46,580 nucleotides of DNA from a virus. Lineage: Duplodnaviria > Caudoviricetes. Each line of letters opens with the position of its first letter. The first letter of the stretch is position 1. The notes beneath the pieces were generated by a model, which was not told the DNA's origin, made no database searches, and saw only the letters and a list, made by a program, of their open reading frames with translations. The position numbers were made by a program, and so were the translations under genes. Positions 29,633 to 38,705 of the stretch are shown here, one piece after another. The stretch is from the IMG/VR virus record IMGVR_UViG_3300032227_001064, positions 1 to 46,580 of that record. One strand, 5' to 3'.

Positions 29633-30298
29633 AACTCTTCTAATGATTGTTGATAACTCTTCATTTCTTGGTTTATAATGAGTCATTTTAGGTTTGTTAC
29701 CTGTACCTGATTTTGAATGTGTTTTCTCAGCCTTTCTTTTTTGTTGACAAGCAGATTTTTTTTGTGAGTCAGACATTTTTGACGCAACACCAGCCGCTCT
29801 ACATTTTGGATAAGCCTTATCACTTGCTTCAGGTCTTCCACAAGGTGGATGTTTACCATCTACTTTTCTACATATATTAACCCAAGGTCCTGCAGGTTGT
29901 TTACTACCTTTTGGTTTCTTTTTAGTTCCGAACCATACAGCCAAATCTTCTTTAAGAGGGCCAACTGCTTGCTGTATTATTTTTTCAGGACTTTCAACAT
30001 CGGCAAGATTACTACCATCCTCATCGTTTTGTCCTGTATAAAACTGTTTTAGGTATTGGTCTAATTTAGACAATTTTTTAGTTCTTTTTTCAATCTTATC
30101 TCTTTCTGCAGGAGTTCCTTTGAAATCACCATCAGCTTCTTCGTATGCTAATTCAGCATTTGTATATTGATAAACAGGTTTCGTATATGGACCGAGTTGG
30201 TCATCAGTCCATATTTCAGGAGCTAAGACAATAGGGATTTTAAAATTTCCCGACGAACCTGACCCTGTGGCTTCTTTTATTTGTTTTTTAGTAATCAT
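29615..30298 (-). CDS. Hypothetical protein with basic Cys-containing WF...PCGR...YPKCR domain
   Basis: Start moved to ATG 30298 (MITKKQIKE). TATTTAT 12 nt upstream. Confidence 0.75.
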   Translation of the reverse strand: MITKKQIKEATGSGSSGNFKIPIVLAPEIWTDDQLGPYTKPVYQYTNAELAYEEADGDFKGTPAERDKIEKRTKKLSKLDQYLKQFYTGQNDEDGSNLADVESPEKIIQQAVGPLKEDLAVWFGTKKKPKGSKQPAGPWVNICRKVDGKHPPCGRPEASDKAYPKCRAAGVASKMSDSQKKSACQQKRKAEKTHSKSGTGNKPKMTHYKPRNEELSTIIRRVLRESF

Positions 30299-30326
30299 GA
30301 TTATCTTAGTATAAATATCTGTTATT

Positions 30327-30539
30327 ATGAATATGGAACAAGGAGAATTTCTTTTTGACGCAATCAAATATCAAAGTCCTGAAGACGTTGAAAAATTCAT
30401 CGAATCTTTGGATACCCCCCAATCTTTTTATGTCTTAACTAAGGCTTTAGAAATGGCTTACGCCAGAGGGGTCTATTCTCTTCAAGAATCGGAGATATTA
30501 TCTAAGTCGATAAGAATACTAACAAAGAGCTTAAAGTAA
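30327..30539 (+). CDS. Hypothetical protein
   Basis: 70-aa ORF ending at a bidirectional terminator. Confidence 0.7.
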   Translation: MNMEQGEFLFDAIKYQSPEDVEKFIESLDTPQSFYVLTKALEMAYARGVYSLQESEILSKSIRILTKSLK

Positions 30540-30542
30540 TAA

Positions 30543-30568
30543 AAAAAGGACCTCACGGGGTCCTTTTT
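30543..30568. terminator. Bidirectional intrinsic terminator
   Basis: AAAAA-GGACCT-CACG-GGGTCC-TTTTT between convergent genes. Confidence 0.8.
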
Positions 30569-30571
30569 CAT

Positions 30572-31345
30572 TTATAATTTGTTTCCACAAGATGGACAGA
30601 ACTTATAGTTCTTTTTCATCTTGGTTCCACACTCAGTACAATATTGTCTGATTTCATCCACACTTACATTTTTTGTACTTGTAGGTTGAATCTTAAATTT
30701 AATTGTGTGAGATGTGTGATAATAAAATTGTTCATACGAATTGGTAAAGTTCTGATTAGATTGTTCGCCTTTTTCAACTCTACCTGTTTCAATATCACCA
30801 AGTGAATCCATAGTAACTGAACTTGTATAAGTTGTGTTTGAAATATTGTAGGTTGATGTGGTTGTTGTATACCCCACTCCTCCTGTGGTACTAATTGTTG
30901 TACCAAATTGTGGAATATAATCATTAGAACGACTTCCATAAACTATACCACTCCCATAGTTAGTTCTATTAGAAATAAGAAAATTGTTACTAATTTCTTG
31001 TTCATCGTAGAACTCAATTAAGATATCCCCATTTAAATCAATTGCAGACCTATTTTCAGACGTGTCTCTTACTTTGTAGGTACTGAACTCAAACTTGTTA
31101 TTGGAGTCAAGGAAACGTTCTAAAAACACTCTCTGACCTGGTCTTAATACAACACCACTTGTGGAAATGTATTCACCATTCAATTTGATTTTACAGAGAA
31201 CTGATTTTTGTTTTGGATTATGGATTTCGAATTCAAAGTTGTCTTTATCGTTAAGGAAGACAACGTGTCCATTATAGACTTTTAAACGTGACTTTTTCTT
31301 TGTGATGTGCGCAGTCGGTTTGCCCACTTGTGTTGCGTAATTCAT
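30572..31345 (-). CDS. Hypothetical protein with C-terminal zinc ribbon
   Basis: CTECG...FCPSCG at the C-terminus. Confidence 0.8.
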   Translation of the reverse strand: MNYATQVGKPTAHITKKKSRLKVYNGHVVFLNDKDNFEFEIHNPKQKSVLCKIKLNGEYISTSGVVLRPGQRVFLERFLDSNNKFEFSTYKVRDTSENRSAIDLNGDILIEFYDEQEISNNFLISNRTNYGSGIVYGSRSNDYIPQFGTTISTTGGVGYTTTTSTYNISNTTYTSSVTMDSLGDIETGRVEKGEQSNQNFTNSYEQFYYHTSHTIKFKIQPTSTKNVSVDEIRQYCTECGTKMKKNYKFCPSCGNKL

Positions 31346-31361
31346 GTTTTTTAATTTTATA

Positions 31362-31441
31362 TTAGCTTATGACTACGTTACCAATACCTTTATATCCGTG
31401 AATATTCTACAGCTTGTTATGACTGGGGACTGATAAACTAA
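31362..31441 (-). promoter_or_regulatory. Candidate structured 5' leader RNA
   Basis: Minus-strand UUAGUUUAU/AUAAGCUAA closing stem with inner CCAGU/AUUGG and CUGU/ACGG pairings. Confidence 0.3.
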
Positions 31442-31470
31442 AATCTAAAAATAATTATACAAAAAAATAT

Positions 31471-31501
31471 TTTGTTGAAAACAATTATTTTACTACTTTT
31501 G
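31471..31501 (+). promoter_or_regulatory. Bacteroidota housekeeping-type promoter (-33 TTTG, -7 TAnnTTTG)
   Basis: TTTG (31471-31474), 19-nt spacer, TACTTTTG (31494-31501), 14 nt before ATG 31516. Confidence 0.65.
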
Positions 31502-31515
31502 TAAAAAAGATAAAA

Positions 31516-31896
31516 ATGGGAAAATTTTTGATATACTTATTCGTTTTGCTAATGTCCATGAAATCATATGGACAAAACGTAAAATATGTTCTTGGTCAGG
31601 ATGACAAATCGAAAATCACTATGATGACATCCGAAGAACTTTGGATGTACGTTGAATGCATTACAGCAATTGGTAAAGAAAAAGAAGTTCTTAATTGGGC
31701 GTCTGAAGATATTTGTAATTTAATAAGAAAGAACCCAACACATTTTAATTGTCAAGTAGTGTCCATCGATTCTAAAAAACAAAGATTGAACATTAGACCT
31801 CAAAAAGGAGAAACAAACTTAGGTTCTGAAAAATTAGTTTTAATCGTTAAACGTGATAAAAACAATTCTATAATAAATTTGTTAGTACTTTATTGA
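31516..31896 (+). CDS. Secreted/periplasmic hypothetical protein
   Basis: Signal peptide MGKFLIYLFVLLMSMKSYG|Q. Confidence 0.7.
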   Translation: MGKFLIYLFVLLMSMKSYGQNVKYVLGQDDKSKITMMTSEELWMYVECITAIGKEKEVLNWASEDICNLIRKNPTHFNCQVVSIDSKKQRLNIRPQKGETNLGSEKLVLIVKRDKNNSIINLLVLY

Positions 31897-33170
31897 TTAC
31901 CCTTACTCTCCTTATACTTCTCCAATTCTTTTTGTCGAGACTTTCCGACGTTGTGTAGATTTGCAAAATCTGTCCAAGGTTGATTATTGTATGCTTTGTA
32001 CGTTCTAAACAACTCGAGTTGGTCATTCGGGATTCGGATAATTCCATCTTCCCCAACAAATTTGTACAACTCATATAAAGTATCAATTGAATAATTTGAA
32101 TTAGCATCCAATTTCAATTTAAACGGTTGAACTCTTGGTTTTGGTTCTTCTACCTTAGGATTATCAGCTCCCGCTGTAGTTATAACTTCACCACATTTAT
32201 TTAATTTTAATAATGTTACTGGTGGGTTAGCATTTGACATTCTTTGACCTCCCGTAGTAATAAATGTTGGTCGTAATAAAACTTGACCATTATCACTAAC
32301 TATGGTAATATGTGCTGGGTCACTATGACAATCCCTCAACGCACAATTATATGTTATAATGATTTCTTCAGGATTTACTGCTAATATTTGTTGTTTTTGT
32401 TGAGCACTTACAACAAGTTTAAAACTTACAGATGGTCCACTCTTTTCTCGTCCAAAATCGTTATTTAAATTAATTTGTGGGTCACCTTTTTCATTTGTTA
32501 AAAGTATTCCGTTAGCAAACATGTTGAACACCGCTTCATTACACTTATGACATTTACTTTCATCAACATCTGGTATACACCATTCTTTTCTATAATCAAC
32601 AAGAACACTAAAACCTAATTCACAAATTTCTTTTTCATTTTCTCCACTACCAACTATATTAAAACTAACGTATTGGTATTGAGTATAACTTGGGTCGTTT
32701 GCTAATTGTCTAATTTGTTCGGGTGTTGCATTTGAAGGACGTTTCCATTGAGGACCTTGTGCTCCTAAATTTTTCATCTCAAGAGTAATATTTGTGGGTA
32801 ATTTGGATTTTAGATAATTTTTCATTTCTTCACCTCTCAGTTCAGATAACTTTCCTGGCTCTAAACCAACCCCTTTATTCGGAACTTTTGATTCTGAAGA
32901 CTCTATTTCTAATTTTATCTGTTGGTTCTTTGGAAAATTTTTCACATAGTCCAACAATTGTTGAACCACTTTATCTACATCAGCTCTATTAAATTCTTTA
33001 TACTTCCCACTTGGAAAAGTATTATTCGGTAACGTGAATTTTTTTGGCTCTAATTTATTAACAACAATTTTTTGTTCATTAATCAAATATTGATTTTTTG
33101 TTGCACTTTCATGCATCATTAATATTCTTTTAGCTTCTTCCGTTGAAATATTCCAATTTTGCTTAATCAT
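31890..33170 (-). CDS. Hypothetical protein with degenerate OmpA-like segment, possible head cargo
   Basis: Start moved to ATG 33170. Leader ISTEEAKRILMMHE...LINE, then IESSESKVPN...LSELRGEEMKNYL. Confidence 0.6.
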   Translation of the reverse strand: MIKQNWNISTEEAKRILMMHESATKNQYLINEQKIVVNKLEPKKFTLPNNTFPSGKYKEFNRADVDKVVQQLLDYVKNFPKNQQIKLEIESSESKVPNKGVGLEPGKLSELRGEEMKNYLKSKLPTNITLEMKNLGAQGPQWKRPSNATPEQIRQLANDPSYTQYQYVSFNIVGSGENEKEICELGFSVLVDYRKEWCIPDVDESKCHKCNEAVFNMFANGILLTNEKGDPQINLNNDFGREKSGPSVSFKLVVSAQQKQQILAVNPEEIIITYNCALRDCHSDPAHITIVSDNGQVLLRPTFITTGGQRMSNANPPVTLLKLNKCGEVITTAGADNPKVEEPKPRVQPFKLKLDANSNYSIDTLYELYKFVGEDGIIRIPNDQLELFRTYKAYNNQPWTDFANLHNVGKSRQKELEKYKESKGNQ

Positions 33171-33191
33171 AGTAATAAATATAACGAGCAT

Positions 33192-33221
33192 AAAAAAAGG
33201 TCCCTTGTGAGGACCTTTTTT
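33192..33221 (-). terminator. Intrinsic terminator downstream of the major capsid gene
   Basis: AAAAAAGGTCC-cttgtga-GGACCTTTTTT. Confidence 0.85.
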
Positions 33222-33239
33222 GTATTTTTAAAGAATAGA

Positions 33240-35048
33240 TTATCTCAATTCTTTTAAGTCGAATGTTCTTACGCCATCAACTGTAATTCTACCGTAGAAT
33301 CTGTTGTTCACCATCTTCTTAGCGTATCTAGTCATGATACCTTTGATTGGTGTGAAGTTGAACGGATTGTACATTGTAGGTGTAAGTTGTAACGGAACGT
33401 ATGGTGCGTAGATGTAACCTGTATCTAACAAAGAAGTACCTTTGTGACCCATTAACACTTGGTTTGGTGGGAAGTAAGGGTCTCTGTAAACTTGGTATCT
33501 ACCAGCTAATGTACCAACTCTTTCAATACCCATGTTGTATTGGTCTTGCTCAGGAGCTGCATTTGAAACGTGGAAATACTCCAAGTCATCAAAGATAGCA
33601 CTGATTTCAGAAGAAACAACTATCCAGTTAGCACCACCTCTTAAGGTAGACTTATGGATTTGTGCAGAAATTTGGTTGATTGCTGTGATTAACGTTTGGT
33701 TCCAGTCTTTTTGTGTGTAAGGTTGTGCCGAACCACCAAGTCTCTTCCATCCGTTGTAATCCCAACGTAAGTTCCAAGCCGCGCCTTTTCTCAAATCTCT
33801 TAAGATTTCTCTATCGATTTCTGCAGCAACTTGCTCAGATAATAATGCTGTTAATTCAGCTTCAGCGTCGATGTTGTGGAATGCCGCAACGTCTTGAGCC
33901 ATTTCAGGAGACCATTGTGCTCTTAATTTTCTTTCAGTTACAGAAACTGTTACTGACATTAAGTCAAATGAAACCTCACCGATTCTATCTTCAAATTCCA
34001 AGTTCTTATAGATTCTATAAGTTGGGATGAATGCGTTGTTGTTCGCAGTTGAAGAAGAGAATGTTGAACCTGTGTAACCGTCCATAGAACCTCCACAAGT
34101 AATACATACAGGAACTTGTAAGTCAACTTCTAAATAGATTTGACCAGCAGCATCACATAAGTTGTCATATTGACCACCATCTGTTTTATCTGTAGGGAAA
34201 ATTGAAGTTGCATTGTTGTTACCGTATTGAACAATACCTTTACCATATCTTTGAGTTACAACTCTGAATAAGTAAGGACCACCACCTGTAGTAGTTGTGT
34301 TTGCTGGTGCCCCGTAGATTGTTAAATCTGATAAGAAAGCTTCATTATCCATTGGTTGACCATCAGGACCGATTAACTTACCAGCTCCGTCAGATGCAAA
34401 ACCTGACATAATAAGTAATACTTTTCTGTAATCAGTTAAAGCGTAAGCCGCTGGTTCAAGGTTTAATGTTGAATTATTCCATTGAGCAGTTACTGCAGTA
34501 CCTGTGATAGCTGAGAACTGACCTTTAGAATAATCAAATAAACCTGGAGGGTCTAATGCTGGTTCGTTACCTTCGTAGAATCTGTCATACAAATCTCTAC
34601 CATTGTTGTAGTTATAACCACTGTTTGGTGTTTGTGCAACATCAGCGTTTGGTGAACCATAAGGTGCGTAATGAATACCAGTGTTATCATCTTGACCACC
34701 ACCTACTTCATAATTTTGAATGTTAGGTACGAAGTAAAATAATTTACCAATTGGTAAGTTCATTGCTTGTACTGAAACGATGTCGTTTGCTAATAATTTA
34801 GAGAATACTCTTCTAACGATAGGGAAAACTACTGTTTCAAATGCACCTGTATCAGATGTAGATGATGCTTCATTAATTAAAAATGATGCTTGGTTTTCAT
34901 AAAGTTGAGCTACGTTTTCTCTCATGTGACCTTTAAGACCTTCTAAAAAGCCTAATTTGTCCCATTTGTTGATTGTATCTTCTTTGATAACTTTAAGGTG
35001 CTTAAGACCGATGTTACCAACAAGACCTGATTCTAATAATGCTCCCAT
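33240..35048 (-). CDS. Major capsid protein (T4 gp23-like)
   Basis: VRRVFSKLLANDIVSVQAM, RKLRAQWSPEMAQD, EIDREI, YAPYVPL, GIMTRY. Confidence 0.95.
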   Translation of the reverse strand: MGALLESGLVGNIGLKHLKVIKEDTINKWDKLGFLEGLKGHMRENVAQLYENQASFLINEASSTSDTGAFETVVFPIVRRVFSKLLANDIVSVQAMNLPIGKLFYFVPNIQNYEVGGGQDDNTGIHYAPYGSPNADVAQTPNSGYNYNNGRDLYDRFYEGNEPALDPPGLFDYSKGQFSAITGTAVTAQWNNSTLNLEPAAYALTDYRKVLLIMSGFASDGAGKLIGPDGQPMDNEAFLSDLTIYGAPANTTTTGGGPYLFRVVTQRYGKGIVQYGNNNATSIFPTDKTDGGQYDNLCDAAGQIYLEVDLQVPVCITCGGSMDGYTGSTFSSSTANNNAFIPTYRIYKNLEFEDRIGEVSFDLMSVTVSVTERKLRAQWSPEMAQDVAAFHNIDAEAELTALLSEQVAAEIDREILRDLRKGAAWNLRWDYNGWKRLGGSAQPYTQKDWNQTLITAINQISAQIHKSTLRGGANWIVVSSEISAIFDDLEYFHVSNAAPEQDQYNMGIERVGTLAGRYQVYRDPYFPPNQVLMGHKGTSLLDTGYIYAPYVPLQLTPTMYNPFNFTPIKGIMTRYAKKMVNNRFYGRITVDGVRTFDLKELR

Positions 35049-35081
35049 TTTAAAATATTTGTTTTGTTTTATTTATTTTTA

Positions 35082-36740
35082 TTAACCTAATTTAGTCATT
35101 AAATCTTTCATTCTTAAGAACTGAGGATTTTCATATGTTTTAGATTCAATTAAGTTAACTGATGAACCTGTAGATACTTGTTTGTTTAATTTAGAACCTA
35201 CTGATTCGGTAATTGGTTGTGTATCCCCTGTAGATAATTCATCTTTGATAGACTTGTAAAGATTTTTTGATTCTTTTAAAGTTTCAACTCCGTCAAATCT
35301 TCTAAGGATATTTATTTTTTCTTTTTTAGTTGTTGAGTGTTCTGTGAACAATCTTGTAGCGTAAGCTAAGTTCGAATTGAATATCGCAACTTCATTTAAT
35401 TTTTCTCTGAAAACATTTAATGCTTTTCTATATTCTTCGTTCTTTTCTCTCAACATACTAACTTCTGCTTGTGTAGATTCTACTTTAACACCATTATTAC
35501 TATAAACGTAATTTCTGTTGTTAGTTATTCCTTTTCTTAAACCTCTACCTTCTTTTGAACCGTTACCGTAAGTTCTTGCAGCTTCTTTAGTTTCTGTTTT
35601 TTCGTAGTCTTTATAGTGACCATCTTTCGTGCCAGCTTTCTTTTCTACGCCATCAACTTTTTTACGTTTGAATTCATGTTTTTTGGAACCATAACCTTCT
35701 TTCGTTTCAGCTTTAACAACTTTAGATTTTCCTTCCATGTTAGCTCCTTTCTTGTATTCGAATTTTGCTTTACCAGTACCTACTGATTTAGGACCTTCTT
35801 TTTTGTCCTCCTTAAATCCACCTGCTGCTTTATCTTTGTAAGTGAATTTAGGTCCTGAGCCAATTCCAACACCTTTAGGTTTAACTGTTGATTTACCTTC
35901 TCTAACTGCTCTTTTGTGGTTGTAAGTTTCGTCAATAGATTCTTCCCAATTTTGTTCATCTAATTCCTCGTCGTCATCATCTGATTCCATCATTTCGTCT
36001 TCATCATCTGATTCCATCATTTCGTCTTCATCATCGGATTCCATCATTTCGTCTTCATCATCTGATTCCATCATTTCGTCTTCATCTTCATCGTCTAAAT
36101 GAATTTCGTAAACAACTTCATCATCATCTGATTCCATCATTTCATCATCTGATTCAACATCTTCGATGTCTACTTCTGATGTGTCTCCGTCTTTAGAGAA
36201 AATAGCGTCAATTACATCTTGTACTGACTCGTCTGTTTCTGTTTGGTTCATAATTTCGTCTGTTTCATTCATGTTTATTTCATCTTCTTCAGACTCACCA
36301 AGCTTTACTAAGTATTCTGTGTCAGCATCATTGTCTGTTAAGTGAATGTCTTCACCATCTTTTTTAACGATGATTCCGTCTTCTTCACCCATAGCTTTGA
36401 ACACTTTCAGAATTTCTTCGTCAGATGCGTCAGTCAAATCTATAGGACTTTCGTCCTCAGAGTCCATGTCCATGTCTGTATCAACATCCATATCCATATC
36501 TTCTGTGTCGTCATCAACATCCATATCAACATCCATATCCACATCATCTGTGTCAACGTCTGCTTCTATGTCTGTATCTAAATCAATCTCATCTTGTTCA
36601 GAAAGAGATTCTTTTACTAACTGATTGATTTCTTCTTTCATTGTAGAATGAAGTATTCCTTTTGCATTTTCGGCAATTGCTTCTTCAACATTTCTCATTT
36701 GAATAAGCGCCTCTTGTACTAATGATTTATTTTCTTGCAT
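35082..36740 (-). CDS. Prohead core/scaffold protein (acidic, gp22 position)
   Basis: Immediately upstream of the capsid gene. Very Asp/Glu-rich, coiled-coil C-terminus, many (I/L/V)xE motifs. Confidence 0.7.
   Translation of the reverse strand: MQENKSLVQEALIQMRNVEEAIAENAKGILHSTMKEEINQLVKESLSEQDEIDLDTDIEADVDTDDVDMDVDMDVDDDTEDMDMDVDTDMDMDSEDESPIDLTDASDEEILKVFKAMGEEDGIIVKKDGEDIHLTDNDADTEYLVKLGESEEDEINMNETDEIMNQTETDESVQDVIDAIFSKDGDTSEVDIEDVESDDEMMESDDDEVVYEIHLDDEDEDEMMESDDEDEMMESDDEDEMMESDDEDEMMESDDDDEELDEQNWEESIDETYNHKRAVREGKSTVKPKGVGIGSGPKFTYKDKAAGGFKEDKKEGPKSVGTGKAKFEYKKGANMEGKSKVVKAETKEGYGSKKHEFKRKKVDGVEKKAGTKDGHYKDYEKTETKEAARTYGNGSKEGRGLRKGITNNRNYVYSNNGVKVESTQAEVSMLREKNEEYRKALNVFREKLNEVAIFNSNLAYATRLFTEHSTTKKEKINILRRFDGVETLKESKNLYKSIKDELSTGDTQPITESVGSKLNKQVSTGSSVNLIESKTYENPQFLRMKDLMTKLG
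35974..36081. repeat. 27-bp tandem repeat x4 encoding DDEDEMMES
   Basis: tcatcatctgattccatcatttcgtct at 35974, 36001, 36028 (1 mismatch) and 36055. Partial copy near 36121. Confidence 0.9.
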
Positions 36741-36797
36741 GAAAAATTATTTAATTTAACTAATAAATAGTATCAAAATTAAAAAAAGTAGTTTTTA

Positions 36798-37136
36798 TTA
36801 AACTACTACGTAAGTTTTTTGTTGTAAGTTAATAGCCACAACAGATTTATTTGTTTGAGACTCAATCCAAGTTTGTAAGGTATTATAACTTGTGTCAAAA
36901 ACCATATAAGTATTTTGTAATTGTGTTGTGGTAGATTTTAACACAACTTGAAAACAATTTGTTGATGTTTCATCATTAACAATGACTTCCATATTACCCA
37001 AATACCATATTTGACTAATGTCTGCACCTGTTCCTTCGCAATAAGCCAAACAGTTTGACCACGATGAAGCGTTAATAATTTTTAAATTTGAATTAACAGG
37101 TCCTGTTCCTGCGGAAAATGTTACTTGAAAGTTCAT
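36798..37136 (-). CDS. Hypothetical protein with internal two-fold repeat
   Basis: FQVTF...ASSWSNCLAYCE and FQVVL...DTSYNTLQTWIE halves. Has its own TATTTAT. Confidence 0.7.
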   Translation of the reverse strand: MNFQVTFSAGTGPVNSNLKIINASSWSNCLAYCEGTGADISQIWYLGNMEVIVNDETSTNCFQVVLKSTTTQLQNTYMVFDTSYNTLQTWIESQTNKSVVAINLQQKTYVVV

Positions 37137-37168
37137 ATAATTTTATTTGATAAATATCCACCAAATAA

Positions 37169-37194
37169 AAAAAGTGGTCGATTGACCACTTTTT
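37169..37194 (-). terminator. Intrinsic terminator
   Basis: AAAAAGTGGTC-gatt-GACCACTTTTT. Confidence 0.85.
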
Positions 37195-37200
37195 ATTAAA

Positions 37201-37413
37201 TTACTTTTCAATTACTTCATCGATTTTACTTTCAGATACCGAAGTTATTCTCCAATCGTGTGTGAATCCTTCGTACTTTGTTGTAACTTTCGCCTCAACA
37301 TCTGTTACAGAAAAACCTTTAACAAGTTTTTCTTCTCTGATTTTTTTAATCTTTCCTGAGTTCTCATCAGGTAAATCGTACTGAATTTTTGCTACAAAAT
37401 ACTTTTCGTCCAT
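37201..37413 (-). CDS. DUF4494-like protein
   Basis: YFVAKIQY...GKIKKIREEKLVKGFSVTDVEAKV...ITSVSESKIDEV resembles the Bacteroidota DUF4494 family. Confidence 0.6.
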   Translation of the reverse strand: MDEKYFVAKIQYDLPDENSGKIKKIREEKLVKGFSVTDVEAKVTTKYEGFTHDWRITSVSESKIDEVIEK

Positions 37414-37419
37414 GTTTAA

Positions 37420-38136
37420 TTATTTTCCTAAAAAATCGTTTAATTTTCTCATTAAGTCAACTGATTTTTCAGCAAACTGATTTGAATCTTTACGATTTCT
37501 TTCTTCGTCTAAATTTTCTTCGTAATTGTTTCTATCCTCAGGATTTGAAAATAAATAAGCCCCTGGTGTAGATGGTGATGAAACTAAGTCGAAACAAATT
37601 AATTCAAAATCGTCTTGAACTTCATTTCTTTCTCCAACTTTTTTTAGTGAGCCAACCCCTCTTGAAGAAACTCCCATAGTAACACCTTGTCTCATTAGGT
37701 TAGCCGCAATATCTCCTTTTGTTGAAACTATTCCTCTTTCATGAAATCCTGGAGATGTTAATAATTTTAATTTACCCATTAGGATATTCTTATCCCACCA
37801 AATATCAGTTATAATATGAGAAACTCTATCTAAATCGATAAGAGAAGATTCAGGGTGATTCAACTCTGATGTTGATAAACCTTTTGCAATTGTTTTCTTA
37901 TAGTTATCGGCTTCTCTTTTAAGAATTCTTTCGGGGTAAAATCTACCATTTCTATTTGGTGTGTCATATTTCTGAAGAACCGCATAAAATTCGAATGGAT
38001 TTTTGTAATCCAAATTGGAGGCTTCTTTTAAGATATTCGCATTATGTTCGTCTTTTGGGGAAACGTAACCAGCATCCATTTCTACTAAGATGCCATGTCC
38101 AAGCTCACTCGCTTCTAATATTCTAAGATTTTTCAT
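37420..38136 (-). CDS. Prohead core protease (T4 gp21-like)
   Basis: NRNGRFYP, ELNHP, VSH, GVSSRGVGS, FDLVSSPSTPGA. Confidence 0.92.
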   Translation of the reverse strand: MKNLRILEASELGHGILVEMDAGYVSPKDEHNANILKEASNLDYKNPFEFYAVLQKYDTPNRNGRFYPERILKREADNYKKTIAKGLSTSELNHPESSLIDLDRVSHIITDIWWDKNILMGKLKLLTSPGFHERGIVSTKGDIAANLMRQGVTMGVSSRGVGSLKKVGERNEVQDDFELICFDLVSSPSTPGAYLFSNPEDRNNYEENLDEERNRKDSNQFAEKSVDLMRKLNDFLGK

Positions 38137-38172
38137 CAAGGTTTTTAAAATAAATATCCAATAATAGATAGT

Positions 38173-38613
38173 TTATTGATTTGTTTCTTTTTTTGAGATT
38201 GAAAAGTCAAAATATTTGTTTTCAATAATATTATTTTTAAAAATGTTTTTAATAATTTTTTTAATAGATTCTTTTATTTCATATGATTTGAAATCTAATT
38301 CTATGTTTGTGTAAAGATTAACTTCTAAATTGAAGAATGATTTTTTTCCGTGTGATATTCCACTTGTACGTAAATCTAAATCAACAATACTTTTTTCTTG
38401 AAAAATATCTGTAGTAATTGAATTATAAACGGAGTGTTTTATTTCTCTACTCAAATTACAAACAACTCTATTCCAATTGTCGTGTTCAAATTTTGGTGTT
38501 ACCCATGATTGTATGTTTATGTAGACAGATTTTAAGTTTTTTGAATCTACGGTCCCGTAGCTTGATTTGATAGGATTATAAAGATTCAACTTTACACTTT
38601 TGCCTTTTTTCAT
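38173..38613 (-). CDS. Hypothetical protein
   Basis: 146-aa ORF in the head module. Confidence 0.7.
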   Translation of the reverse strand: MKKGKSVKLNLYNPIKSSYGTVDSKNLKSVYINIQSWVTPKFEHDNWNRVVCNLSREIKHSVYNSITTDIFQEKSIVDLDLRTSGISHGKKSFFNLEVNLYTNIELDFKSYEIKESIKKIIKNIFKNNIIENKYFDFSISKKETNQ

Positions 38614-38705
38614 TAATTTTCATATTATTCGGTTTATTTATTATAAAAATAAGAGATATTAATCCGATAGTCAAAATTTTTGGAAAAAAGTAGATATTTT
38701 ATAGT

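Noticed and set aside
35974-36081. CRISPR array
   Set aside because: Repeats are contiguous with no spacers and are in-frame coding.
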